Source of the DNA: Bdellovibrionota bacterium
Lineage (GTDB): Bacteria; Bdellovibrionota_C; UBA2361; OMII01
NCBI GenBank assembly: GCA_044345405.1
Contig: JBIJBE010000013.1
Span: 1 to 64,000 of the forward strand
Direction: 5' to 3'
Length of the DNA stretch: 64,000 nucleotides
The notes under the pieces are model-generated. The model was not told where the DNA came from, ran no database searches, and was given only the letters and a program-made list of their open reading frames with translations. Position numbers and translations under genes: made by a program. Below, piece by piece: positions 40,971-50,102 of this stretch (position 1 is its first letter; every line of letters starts with the position of its first letter).

Positions 40971-41006
40971 AACAAAAAAGGCGACCTCCCTCATCAGGAG
41001 ACCGCC
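40971..41006 (-). terminator. Intrinsic terminator after fabG
   Basis: The minus strand reads GGCGGTCTCC-TGATGAG-GGAGGTCGCC-TTTTTTGTT. Confidence 0.8.
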
Positions 41007-41034
41007 CCTTCAAAGCCCGCGCATCGGGCGAAGA

Positions 41035-41781
41035 CTACATGTACATTCCACCGTTGATGCTGATGGTCTGCCCAGTGATGTAGCCGGCACTATCGGACGC
41101 GAGGAAGGCAACGAGCTTCGCGACCTCCTCTCCCTGACCGTAACGACCAAGAGGGATCGACTTCATATGCTCAGCGCGAAGCTTCTCATCAAGAGCAGCT
41201 GTCATATCGGTCTCGATGAAACCAGGCGCGACCGCGTTAACGGTTACATTGCGGGAAGCGAGCTCTCGAGCGAGCGCCTTGGTCATGCCGATAATTCCAG
41301 CCTTCGAGGATACGTAGGGAACCTGCCCCGCGTTCCCCATCTCTCCAACAACGGAACTGATGTTAACGATACGTCCCCACTTCGACTTCAGCATGAGTCG
41401 AGCGGCGGCACGCGCGCAGAAGAATGAACCGTTGAGGTTAACGCCGAGGGTCGTGAGCCACTCCTCATCCTTCATTCTCAACACGAGACCATCCTTTGAT
41501 ATACCCGCGTTGTTCACGAGGATATCGAGCTGACCGTGACGTGACTTGATACCATCAAAGGCGTTTTCAACAGCCTGGCTGTCTTGTACCGAGAACTTCA
41601 AAAGCTCTCCATCACTGCCCGCCTCTCGAATCGCGTTCAAGGTCTCCTGAGCCGCTTCTGGTGACGATGAATAGTTCACGATTACGTACGCGCCAGTCTT
41701 CGCGAGTTCAATAGCGATGGATCTTCCGATTCCGCGCGAAGCGCCCGTTACAAGCGCGATCTTTCTCTTAGCGTCTGTCAT
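41035..41781 (-). CDS. fabG: 3-oxoacyl-ACP reductase
   Basis: TGASRGIG, NNAGI, YVSSK and PGFIETDMT; overlaps the plsX stop (ATGA). Confidence 0.96.
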   Translation of the reverse strand: MTDAKRKIALVTGASRGIGRSIAIELAKTGAYVIVNYSSSPEAAQETLNAIREAGSDGELLKFSVQDSQAVENAFDGIKSRHGQLDILVNNAGISKDGLVLRMKDEEWLTTLGVNLNGSFFCARAAARLMLKSKWGRIVNISSVVGEMGNAGQVPYVSSKAGIIGMTKALARELASRNVTVNAVAPGFIETDMTAALDEKLRAEHMKSIPLGRYGQGEEVAKLVAFLASDSAGYITGQTISINGGMYM

Positions 41782-42941
41782 TTTTTTCCTCCATTAATCT
41801 CGTCAGCGCCTTTGCTATCTTTTCGTCCGCGAGTCGTTCGTTTTTCGAACACCCGCGACCATCCGTTTCCCCCGTCATGATCCACAGGGCCTATCTTTGA
41901 ATCGAGGTGCCCCAGCGCGGTGTGAAGCTGCCGCATAACGTCCTCATCCACGAACTTACGAGCGACACGGATGCCGTTCATAATAGCGCGGCTCTTCGAT
42001 GAACCGTGGCATTTGATAGCGATCTGACCCAATCCAAGAAGGGGCGCTCCGCCGTACGCTGATGGATCGAGTTTATCTTTGAAGACACTTCGAAGGACGG
42101 GTTTAGCCAACCACAATCCGAACTTGGCTCGGATGCTGTGCTCCATCGCCTTTTTTATAGAGTCGATAACGAGACCGACACTGCCCTCCATCGCCTTGAG
42201 GACGATATTTCCGACGAATCCATCGCACACGACAACATCAACGACGTCACGAGCGATATCCCGCCCCTCGATGTATCCGATGAAATTGAGCCCCTCTATT
42301 TCGGAGAGCATCATCGCCGCGGAGCGGATGATATCGTTCCCCTTAGAGACCTCTGTACCGTTTGAAAGTAGCGCGATGCGCGGGCTCTCAATACCAAGAG
42401 CGGAGCGAGCGTACTGATGTCCCATCAACGCGAACTGAACGAGCTGAAAAGCCTGACATCCGGTGTTAGCGCCTGAATCAAGAAGAACCGTTGGCGTAGC
42501 GCCTACCCCTTTTGGGATCAGGGACGCTATCGCTGGACGGGCTATACCGGGAAGGGTCCCTCCGACAAACACTCCAGCGGCCATAATAGCGCCGGTATTG
42601 CCCGGACTGACTACCGCCGAGGCTTTCCCCGCGCTGACAAGTTCGAAGGCTACACGAATGGATGAGTCGGGCTTGCCACGAATAGCAAGACCGGGGGACT
42701 CATCCATTTGAATGAATTGGGAAGCGTGATGAACTGATATGAGCGAGCGATCGCTCTCAGGGTATTGCTTGAGGAGCTTATCGAGCTCCTCTTGGTTACC
42801 CACGACGATAGACGAAATCCCGTCACGTCGGGCAGCCATGACAGCTCCCTCGACCACCACTTTGGGACCGTGATCGCCCCCCATAGCGTCAACTGCGATG
42901 GGAAGCACACCTGTTCCTGGCGTCTCGGTATGGGAGCTCAC
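41778..42941 (-). CDS. plsX: Phosphate acyltransferase PlsX
   Basis: IAVDAMGGDHGP, LDSGAN, CDGFVGN and GGAPLLG..KCHGSS. Confidence 0.97.
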   Translation of the reverse strand: MSSHTETPGTGVLPIAVDAMGGDHGPKVVVEGAVMAARRDGISSIVVGNQEELDKLLKQYPESDRSLISVHHASQFIQMDESPGLAIRGKPDSSIRVAFELVSAGKASAVVSPGNTGAIMAAGVFVGGTLPGIARPAIASLIPKGVGATPTVLLDSGANTGCQAFQLVQFALMGHQYARSALGIESPRIALLSNGTEVSKGNDIIRSAAMMLSEIEGLNFIGYIEGRDIARDVVDVVVCDGFVGNIVLKAMEGSVGLVIDSIKKAMEHSIRAKFGLWLAKPVLRSVFKDKLDPSAYGGAPLLGLGQIAIKCHGSSKSRAIMNGIRVARKFVDEDVMRQLHTALGHLDSKIGPVDHDGGNGWSRVFEKRTTRGRKDSKGADEINGGKK

Positions 42942-42961
42942 TGGTTACTCAGGTACCCTTG

Positions 42962-43147
42962 TTACGCAGCCACTTTGCCTGCAGCGACTTCCTTACCACG
43001 GTACGAACCGCACGATGCGCATGCACGGTGAGGAAGTACTGGCTCAGCGCACTTAGGACATACGATAGCGTATGTTCGGGAGAGCGCATGGTGAGAACGT
43101 CTCATGTTTCGCTTCGAGCGGGAGGTTCGTTTCTTAGGAACTGCCAT
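42962..43147 (-). CDS. rpmF: 50S ribosomal protein L32
   Basis: [19 protein letters not shown]...CPKC...PHRAC..CG.Y. Confidence 0.98.
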   Translation of the reverse strand: MAVPKKRTSRSKRNMRRSHHALSRTYAIVCPKCAEPVLPHRACASCGSYRGKEVAAGKVAA

Positions 43148-43170
43148 AAATCACAACCAATTAACTAATA

Positions 43171-43211
43171 TACCCTAGGGAGGTGAGGTTTTATCACGTC
43201 TCCCTAGGGTA
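43171..43211. repeat. Inverted repeat between actF and rpmF
   Basis: TACCCTAGGGAG (43171-43182) / CTCCCTAGGGTA (43200-43211), extended by GTGA/TCAC. Confidence 0.8.
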
Positions 43212-43219
43212 ACTCAACA

Positions 43220-44500
43220 CTACCAGTCCCTACTTCCGTGCGTTAACGGATGAGAAACTTGGATAAATGGATACTTGCTCAGGAAGGTTCTTACACAAAG
43301 GAGGTAAGCACCTAGAAACCCTACAAAAATACCAACCTCAGTTATTCCGAATGGAATGTGGTGAGGGCTAATTTCCGGCATAATAATAAGGTAACGGTCC
43401 AACCAAACACCTGTCATGAGGGTCAAACACACCACGGCGTAGGTCTTTGGAGTCTTCTTGAGGTCACGGCTCAACAAGGTGATGAACGGGATGATGAACG
43501 CCATCGGGAACACAATCCACGCCAGACCCTTCCATGGGAACTCACGGGTCCTCAAGATAAGCCACTGAGTCTCCTCAGGAAGGTTTCCGTACCACTGAGG
43601 CAAGAACTGCGACCAGAACATGTAGCCCCATAACATACAGAAACCGAAGTTGAGCTTACCGAGATCCCAGAACTGTTGGCTGTGAATCTGAGCGCCGAAC
43701 GCTGGGTTCTTCTTAGCGAAGAACATGGTCATGAGGGCGAGTCCTGCCCATGCGATGTAGATCTGGCTCACGAACACAAACGCTCCGAAGAGGTTTGAGA
43801 ACCACACCGGGTTCTGACCCATGATCATTTCGAACGCGAAGAGCGATACAACGAACATGTAGCAGATAACAACAACAGGCGCGTTCACCGACATCTTACG
43901 CTGAAGAGGGATAACCTCACGCTCAGCGCCCTTCCATCCAGAGAGAAGGTAGCGATGAATTGGAAGCTCCCACTGCGACTTGTCCTTAGCCCGGTCATGG
44001 GCAAGTCCAACATCACTTCTAAGCGACATGAACACAAAGCGGGTCATGAGAAGGAAGAGCACGAAGAACAACACAGCGAACCGAATGTAGACGAAGGTTG
44101 GCTCCATCCACCACTCGCGCCCTGGCATCGGATGACGTCCCCAATAGAAGATGTACTCGCGACCGAAGTACGTCGTGAGGAACACAACGAACGCCACCGG
44201 GAGGTAAGCCACGTTCGCCTCCGCGAGACGTCGCACCGGCGCGCCCCACTTTGCTCGAACGATCTGCATGATCACGGTGGTCATAACACCACCAAGAGCG
44301 AGCCCCTGGAAGTATACCGCGTTGACGTAGAAAGCTCCCCACGTCTGACCGGCGTCTCCGAACAGGAGCCCCACGGAGAACACGACGATCCCCACGAGCA
44401 CCATAAGCCACAACTTCCCGATGGTGCTGCCAGAGACCTTTATAGGTCCAGCTTCGATCACCTTATCGATGTTCACAGGAACAACGTCTACGTGCGACAT
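43220..44500 (-). CDS. actF: Alternative Complex III membrane subunit ActF
   Basis: Polytopic; WFSNLFG and DLGKLNFGF.MLWGY..WSQFL.QWYGNLPEE motifs; last gene of the act operon. Confidence 0.9.
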   Translation of the reverse strand: MSHVDVVPVNIDKVIEAGPIKVSGSTIGKLWLMVLVGIVVFSVGLLFGDAGQTWGAFYVNAVYFQGLALGGVMTTVIMQIVRAKWGAPVRRLAEANVAYLPVAFVVFLTTYFGREYIFYWGRHPMPGREWWMEPTFVYIRFAVLFFVLFLLMTRFVFMSLRSDVGLAHDRAKDKSQWELPIHRYLLSGWKGAEREVIPLQRKMSVNAPVVVICYMFVVSLFAFEMIMGQNPVWFSNLFGAFVFVSQIYIAWAGLALMTMFFAKKNPAFGAQIHSQQFWDLGKLNFGFCMLWGYMFWSQFLPQWYGNLPEETQWLILRTREFPWKGLAWIVFPMAFIIPFITLLSRDLKKTPKTYAVVCLTLMTGVWLDRYLIIMPEISPHHIPFGITEVGIFVGFLGAYLLCVRTFLSKYPFIQVSHPLTHGSRDW

Positions 44501-44514
44501 CTTCTATCCCCTTC

Positions 44515-45033
44515 TTACTTAATACCTTGCTGATTACGAATATAGTTCACGATATCCCAGTGGTCCGTCGGAGAAAGCTTCCAACCGTGTCCTGGCATCA
44601 AACGAATTCCGAAGTGGATGGTCGCGAAGATGCTTCCATCGGTGCGGGTTTTGTATGTGTCGAGCGTGAGATCTGGTGGGGTTTGCAGGGTCTTCTTGCC
44701 CACCGCGCCAGGAGCGTATGGCTTCTTGCTGATATCTCCGTGACACGGCAAACAATTCACCGCAAACAAACGTTTTCCGTTCGCTAATGAAGCGGTGTCG
44801 GCCTTTACCGGATTCGTCATCTTCTCAGCCTCTTCGCGCGAAGGGACGTAATACTCCGACATACCGATAGCGACGGTACCTGGCGCCTTTTGACGCATAA
44901 TCGTACCGGTGCGCTTCTGCACGTTCACCATGTCATCGTTGAATGGAAGCGCCATCGCCTCTGACACCGCTACTAAACTAGCGAGTGAGAGAACGAGAGC
45001 GACTTTCAACTTTCCTACTTGAGCTAACTTCAT
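44515..45033 (-). CDS. actE: ACIII monoheme cytochrome c ActE
   Basis: Signal peptide, single CLPCH and distal LMP methionine; operon position. Confidence 0.85.
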   Translation of the reverse strand: MKLAQVGKLKVALVLSLASLVAVSEAMALPFNDDMVNVQKRTGTIMRQKAPGTVAIGMSEYYVPSREEAEKMTNPVKADTASLANGKRLFAVNCLPCHGDISKKPYAPGAVGKKTLQTPPDLTLDTYKTRTDGSIFATIHFGIRLMPGHGWKLSPTDHWDIVNYIRNQQGIK

Positions 45034-45050
45034 GAGCCCCTCTTCTCCGT

Positions 45051-45569
45051 TTACAAACTCTCTCTAACGTCAACTTCGTCCGCGCCCGAATCCATCATGC
45101 GCTTCTTCACGTCATCGACCTGGTTGCCGGCGCATGCCACTACAACGCCGAACTTGTCGTGAGAGAAACGAGGATCGTATCCAGCTGTGCGCAAAACATT
45201 CGGGATCTTACAGAACACGAAGATCGCCGCGAGGGTTCCAAGACCTCCGAAGAGAATCGTCCACTCGTATCCTGGAACGAAGAACGCCGGAATCGAGGCG
45301 ATGTTCTTCGCGCTCGTTCGCATCGGCCAGTCGAGAGAACAGAGAATCGCGAGGGCGAAGCCCGCGCAACAACCTGTGAAGGCACACGCGAGGGAAACGA
45401 TCCGCACTGGACTCTTCTCCGGGTATGTTACCTCCTCGATCTCGTGACGAGGAACTGGCGAGTACATGCGGTACTCATGATTCGCGGCCTTCACCTTCTT
45501 AACGGCCTCAAGGGCATCGTCCATGTAGGTGAAGATACCAACTACTGCTCGGGTTGATGAATCTACCAT
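45051..45569 (-). CDS. actD: ACIII subunit ActD (DUF3341)
   Basis: YSPVP.H, two TM segments and YDPRFS.DKF. Confidence 0.9.
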   Translation of the reverse strand: MVDSSTRAVVGIFTYMDDALEAVKKVKAANHEYRMYSPVPRHEIEEVTYPEKSPVRIVSLACAFTGCCAGFALAILCSLDWPMRTSAKNIASIPAFFVPGYEWTILFGGLGTLAAIFVFCKIPNVLRTAGYDPRFSHDKFGVVVACAGNQVDDVKKRMMDSGADEVDVRESL

Positions 45570-45580
45570 CTGACTACCTC

Positions 45581-46954
45581 CTAGTGACCTGAACCGTGTG
45601 AGGACGCGCGACGCATCGGCGGTGGAATGACCTCCTTGATCTCAGTGATAGCCACTGATGGGAAGTACTTGATGAACAATGTCATCCACATACCGAACCA
45701 ACCGAACGCTCCAATCGTAATACCAACCTCGGTCCACGAGAAGTTGTAACCACCCCACGCCGCGGGGATGAACTCTCGGGAGAGCGATTGGAAGATGATA
45801 TTGAACCGCTCCAACCACATTCCGATGTTGATGAAGATCGAGAGTACGAAGAGGAACGGAATGTTCGTTCTCAACGACTTGATCCAGAGAAGCTGTGGGA
45901 AGATACAGTTACAGAACGTCATGCCCCAGAACGCGAGCCAGAATTCACCGAACGGACGGAACCAAAACTGGAATCGCTCGAATGGGTTGTTGCTGAACCA
46001 CGCTGTGTAGAACTCGGTAACGTACGAGTACGTAACCACTCCTGACGTAACGAGGATGAGCTTGCTCATCGCGTCGAAGTGGAAAAGGGTTACGAGTCGC
46101 TCAAGGTGGAACGCCTTACGAAGTGGGATGATCAAGGTAACTACCATCGCCACGCCGGAGAAGATCGCTCCCGCTACGAAGTACGGTGGGAAGATAGTCG
46201 CGTGCCATCCTGGAACGATCGACATCGCGAAGTCCCACGATACCACTGAGTGCACGGATACCACGAGCGGAGTCGCGAAGGCGGCGAAGATAAGATACGC
46301 GGCGCTGTAGTGCTTCCACTGAATGTGGTTTCCACGCCATCCGAGCGAGGTAACTCCGTAGAGAACCTTGCGGAACTTCGTGGTAGCTCGGTCGCGAGCG
46401 GCCGCGATGTCCGGGATCAATCCAACGAAGAAGAACGTCGCCGAGATGGTGAAGTATGTCGATACCGCGAACACGTCCCAGAGAAGTGGCGAACGAAAGT
46501 TCGGCCACAACGCACGCTCGTTCGGATACGGCATAAGCCAGAGGGCGTACCATGGTCGTCCCAAGTGGATGATCGGGAAGAGACCGGCGGTCATTACCGC
46601 GAATACGGTCATCGCCTCGGCCAATCGATAAATCGGTTGACGGAAGTGAGCTCTGAAAAGATAGAGCACCGCGGAGATGAGGGTTCCAGAGTGCGCGATA
46701 CCTACCCAGAATACGAAGTTGGTGATGTAGGTACCCCATCCAATCGGATGGCTCTTACCTGACTCTCCGAAGCCGCTCCACATCTGGTAGAACCAGGAGG
46801 ACGCTCCGATAGCCAAAAGGAAGAGACAGGAGAAAAGAAGAAGGAACCAGCCCGTACCCGGAGGCTCCATCATCTTAAGAACCGTGTCATTAACCTCAGC
46901 GTAGGTTACTGGAGGCTCATGCTTTGAATCGTGTTCAGAGTGTGTGTGTTCCAT
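45581..46954 (-). CDS. actC: ACIII quinol-binding NrfD-family subunit ActC
   Basis: ITNFVFWVGIAHSGTLISA, HLGRPW, NFRSPLLWD and SVHSVVSWDFA. Confidence 0.95.
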   Translation of the reverse strand: MEHTHSEHDSKHEPPVTYAEVNDTVLKMMEPPGTGWFLLLFSCLFLLAIGASSWFYQMWSGFGESGKSHPIGWGTYITNFVFWVGIAHSGTLISAVLYLFRAHFRQPIYRLAEAMTVFAVMTAGLFPIIHLGRPWYALWLMPYPNERALWPNFRSPLLWDVFAVSTYFTISATFFFVGLIPDIAAARDRATTKFRKVLYGVTSLGWRGNHIQWKHYSAAYLIFAAFATPLVVSVHSVVSWDFAMSIVPGWHATIFPPYFVAGAIFSGVAMVVTLIIPLRKAFHLERLVTLFHFDAMSKLILVTSGVVTYSYVTEFYTAWFSNNPFERFQFWFRPFGEFWLAFWGMTFCNCIFPQLLWIKSLRTNIPFLFVLSIFINIGMWLERFNIIFQSLSREFIPAAWGGYNFSWTEVGITIGAFGWFGMWMTLFIKYFPSVAITEIKEVIPPPMRRASSHGSGH

Positions 46955-46976
46955 ATAGCCGCAAAGATCTCAAATA

Positions 46977-49900
46977 CTAGGCCTTGTAACGAATATCATT
47001 GAGGTAGCTAACCGATGGCTGCGTGTTGAGGTGGTGATCGAGCACCTTGTACGCACGCTCATGCTTCGCGACCTTGCTAACCTTACTGTTCGCATCCTTA
47101 AGGTTTCCGAAGGTGAGAGCTTGAGTCGGACATGTCTGTACGCACGCCGGTGTAACCTCACCATCCTCCACCAATCGACCAAGGTCCTTGGCGACATCCT
47201 TCGCCTCAGCGATACGCTGAACACAGAAGGTACACTTCTCCATCACTCCGACCGTTCTCTTCGTAACGTCCGGGTTAACCTGCCAGTCGAGAAGCTCAGG
47301 CCACTCATACTGGAACCAGTTGAAGCGTCGAACTTTGTAGGAACAGTTGTTCGAGCAGTAACGAGTACCCACGCAACGGTTGTAGACCATCGCGTTCATA
47401 CCCTCTTCGTTGTGGTAGGTAGCGTACACTGGACATACTGGCTCACATGGAGCGTTCTGACAGTGCTGACACATCATCGGAAGGAAGCTGACCTTCAACT
47501 CCTCTCCACCATCCTCGGTCTTGATTGAATCGTAGTAACGCTCGATACGGATCCACGCCATCTCTCGGCCTTGGTTCACGATCTTCTTTCCTACAACTGG
47601 AATGTTGTTCTCCGCCTGACAAGCGACAACGCACGCCGAACATCCGGTACACGCCGCGAGATCGATAGCGAGACCCCACTCATAGAGCGGATGCTCACGC
47701 TGTTCGTACATCTGCTTTGGTTCGTGGTGCCCACTGTGGCCTTCGCCGTGCCCATCGCCGTGTCCAGCGGCGTGCGCGTCACCAACCGCATGGCTGGCCG
47801 CTACAGCTCCCGCGCCGATAATGCTGGTTCGCGCAAGCTCACGGTCCAACTGATCGGAGAAGTCTTGAACGGTAACGAGGTCACCCTTTCCAAGTCCACG
47901 AATGACTTTGACTGGGCTGCCCGTAAGCGGCAAGGCGGCGGCGCCGGTCGCGAGCGTCTTCGGAAGAAGGCCGTACACACTTCCGTTACCACCAGCCTTC
48001 GCGTACCGACCGTACGCGGTGTGGCCTTGTCCGAGTGGGATAGCCACGATGCCAGGATGTACGTGCTCAGTCACATACGCTGGAACGTGCGCCTCTCCGT
48101 CGTCGGTACGAACGATAACGGCATCGCCTTGCTTCAGACCGAATCTCTTGGCGGTGTCTGGATGAATCTCAGCCCACGCGCCCCATACGGCTTGCGTGAT
48201 AGGATCCGCCAACTCCTGCATCCAGGGCTTATTGGCGGCGCGACCATCGAAGGTCTTCACTGATGGGTATGGATAGAGAATCAACTCATCGTCGTGAAGA
48301 TGAGGACTCGAGATGCCATACGACAACTGGAAGATCGAAGGGTTGATCGCGACCTTAGACGGAGCGCTGTTTGTTGAGGTAGGGAAGTATCCACCCTTCT
48401 CAAGGCTCGCCATCCAGAACTTCTCGGTATCAGCTCCAGCCTGAGCCGCGGTAGCGGTCAGGAAACTAGCCTTCACGAACTTGTCGAATGAGGTGACCTC
48501 AGCCGGAACGATCGTCTTGTTAGCGTTCGACGCGATTGTGAGAAGAACATCCCCCACGCTCTGCGTATCGAAGATAGGACGCATCGATGGCTGAATAAGG
48601 CTGATAGCGTCCTTGGACGGACGTGTGTATCCCCAATCCTCAAGTCCAGTGTGCATTGGAAGGATGAAGTCAGCGAGCTGCGCTGTTTCATCCAAGAAGC
48701 TTGAGAAAGCGACCACAAGCCCCGCCTTCTTGGCACCATCCTTGATGCTAACCTGATTTACGGCGAAGTCGTATCCGTGAGCGGCTGGGAATGTGAACGC
48801 TGGGTTCGACCCGTAGGTGAAAAGAACATCCACCTTGCCCTGCTGCATCTCGTTGATAGCGTCGGCGAGATCCGAAGCTGAGGAACGAGGCGTAGACATC
48901 TGGGCGATGTTTACGGTTTCTCCTACGTTACCAAGCATCACGTTCAAGATGTTCACAGCCACCTGAAGCGGAAGTGGGTTCGCGGTACTCGACGCGGTAC
49001 CACCAGCTAACACGAGTGACGTGTCAGCGTCGCTGAGGTATTGCGAAACAAGAAGGAGCTTCTCCTTCGAGATCCCTGTCTCCTCCTCAACCGCCTCAGC
49101 GGTAATCCCCTTGGTGAGCTCCTTGAGGCTCGAGAGCGTGTCACCGGAGAGTCCCTGGGTACGTCCACGTTGAATGAGTTGTCCGATAATGAAGAGAGCC
49201 GCGCGAACCTCTGAACCTGGGTTCGACTTCAACCAGAGATCAGCGTTTGCGCCGGTCAACGAGAGCCGTGGCTCGATGTGAACGAAGCGAAGTGGATGCT
49301 CCGAACGACGGGAATCAGCCCACTGACGCGCGTACCCCACCGGGTTAACGAACGTCTCAAGGAAGTCCGCGCCGAAGTTCACAACAACATCAGCCTTGTC
49401 GATCGAGAAAGTTGGAACACCGAAGGTGCCGTACACAAGCTCCGAAGCCTTCGCTACGGCGACCGGCTGCATCGGATCCCATACAACCTGATTGAACCCA
49501 AGCTGCGAGACCCAAGGAGTAAGCAAATCTGTGTGAGCTGCTTGCGTTTCGCCTGTGATCAGCAACTTCTTATTCGTGGCGTTGGTAAGAGCCTCGTTAA
49601 TCTTGCCGTACACCTCATCCCAGGTAGTCGCTTCGAAAACTGGGCCCTTGGCGGTCATCCCCTTCTTCTTAAGTGGTTGACGAATACGGTCCGAGTCGTA
49701 GAGCGATTGAAGCGTTGACTGTCCAAGAGCGCAAAGGCTTCCTCGGTTTACCGGGCTGTTTGGATTACCCTCAACCTTAACGGCGCGTCCCTCGCGAGTA
49801 CGAACTCGGAGACCGCATCCCGCGGAGCACTCCGTACATGTGGAGCTGTACCATACCGATACACCGGGGATCTGCTCAGGATCCGCCTTTACATACGGAA

Positions 49901-50075
49901 GGATCTCCTGCTTCGCCGGCGACGCGCACGCCGCGGCTCCAACCGCCGATGTAGCTCCAAGAACCTGGAGGAACCGACGGCGAGTGATGTTTACGAGCCC
50001 CTCTCCGTTCTGAGTCTCCGCCTGCTTGCGGTTCTCATTAAGCTGAACCAATTCGCCTTTCATTTTCGACCTCAA
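46977..50075 (-). CDS. actB: ACIII ActB (molybdopterin-oxidoreductase-like domain fused to Fe-S domain)
   Basis: TAT signal TRRRFLQ with lipobox-like AAAC; Fe-S motifs CTGCSAC..AC, CQHC..APC..VCP, RCVGTRYCSNNC and KCTFC...C..TCP. Confidence 0.93.
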   Translation of the reverse strand: MRSKMKGELVQLNENRKQAETQNGEGLVNITRRRFLQVLGATSAVGAAACASPAKQEILPYVKADPEQIPGVSVWYSSTCTECSAGCGLRVRTREGRAVKVEGNPNSPVNRGSLCALGQSTLQSLYDSDRIRQPLKKKGMTAKGPVFEATTWDEVYGKINEALTNATNKKLLITGETQAAHTDLLTPWVSQLGFNQVVWDPMQPVAVAKASELVYGTFGVPTFSIDKADVVVNFGADFLETFVNPVGYARQWADSRRSEHPLRFVHIEPRLSLTGANADLWLKSNPGSEVRAALFIIGQLIQRGRTQGLSGDTLSSLKELTKGITAEAVEEETGISKEKLLLVSQYLSDADTSLVLAGGTASSTANPLPLQVAVNILNVMLGNVGETVNIAQMSTPRSSASDLADAINEMQQGKVDVLFTYGSNPAFTFPAAHGYDFAVNQVSIKDGAKKAGLVVAFSSFLDETAQLADFILPMHTGLEDWGYTRPSKDAISLIQPSMRPIFDTQSVGDVLLTIASNANKTIVPAEVTSFDKFVKASFLTATAAQAGADTEKFWMASLEKGGYFPTSTNSAPSKVAINPSIFQLSYGISSPHLHDDELILYPYPSVKTFDGRAANKPWMQELADPITQAVWGAWAEIHPDTAKRFGLKQGDAVIVRTDDGEAHVPAYVTEHVHPGIVAIPLGQGHTAYGRYAKAGGNGSVYGLLPKTLATGAAALPLTGSPVKVIRGLGKGDLVTVQDFSDQLDRELARTSIIGAGAVAASHAVGDAHAAGHGDGHGEGHSGHHEPKQMYEQREHPLYEWGLAIDLAACTGCSACVVACQAENNIPVVGKKIVNQGREMAWIRIERYYDSIKTEDGGEELKVSFLPMMCQHCQNAPCEPVCPVYATYHNEEGMNAMVYNRCVGTRYCSNNCSYKVRRFNWFQYEWPELLDWQVNPDVTKRTVGVMEKCTFCVQRIAEAKDVAKDLGRLVEDGEVTPACVQTCPTQALTFGNLKDANSKVSKVAKHERAYKVLDHHLNTQPSVSYLNDIRYKA

Positions 50076-50102
50076 ATAAAATCTTGATCCGTTGCGTCTG
50101 CT

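Noticed and set aside
43955-48263. Long antisense ORFs (for example 43955-44533 and 47571-48263) as overlapping genes
   Set aside because: Typical shadow ORFs opposite codon-biased act genes, with no protein-like motifs.
46977-50075. Catalytic molybdoenzyme (polysulfide reductase or formate dehydrogenase type)
   Set aside because: The fused B1-B2 architecture and actA/C/D/E/F context identify ACIII; only the FS0 motif is flagged as unusual.
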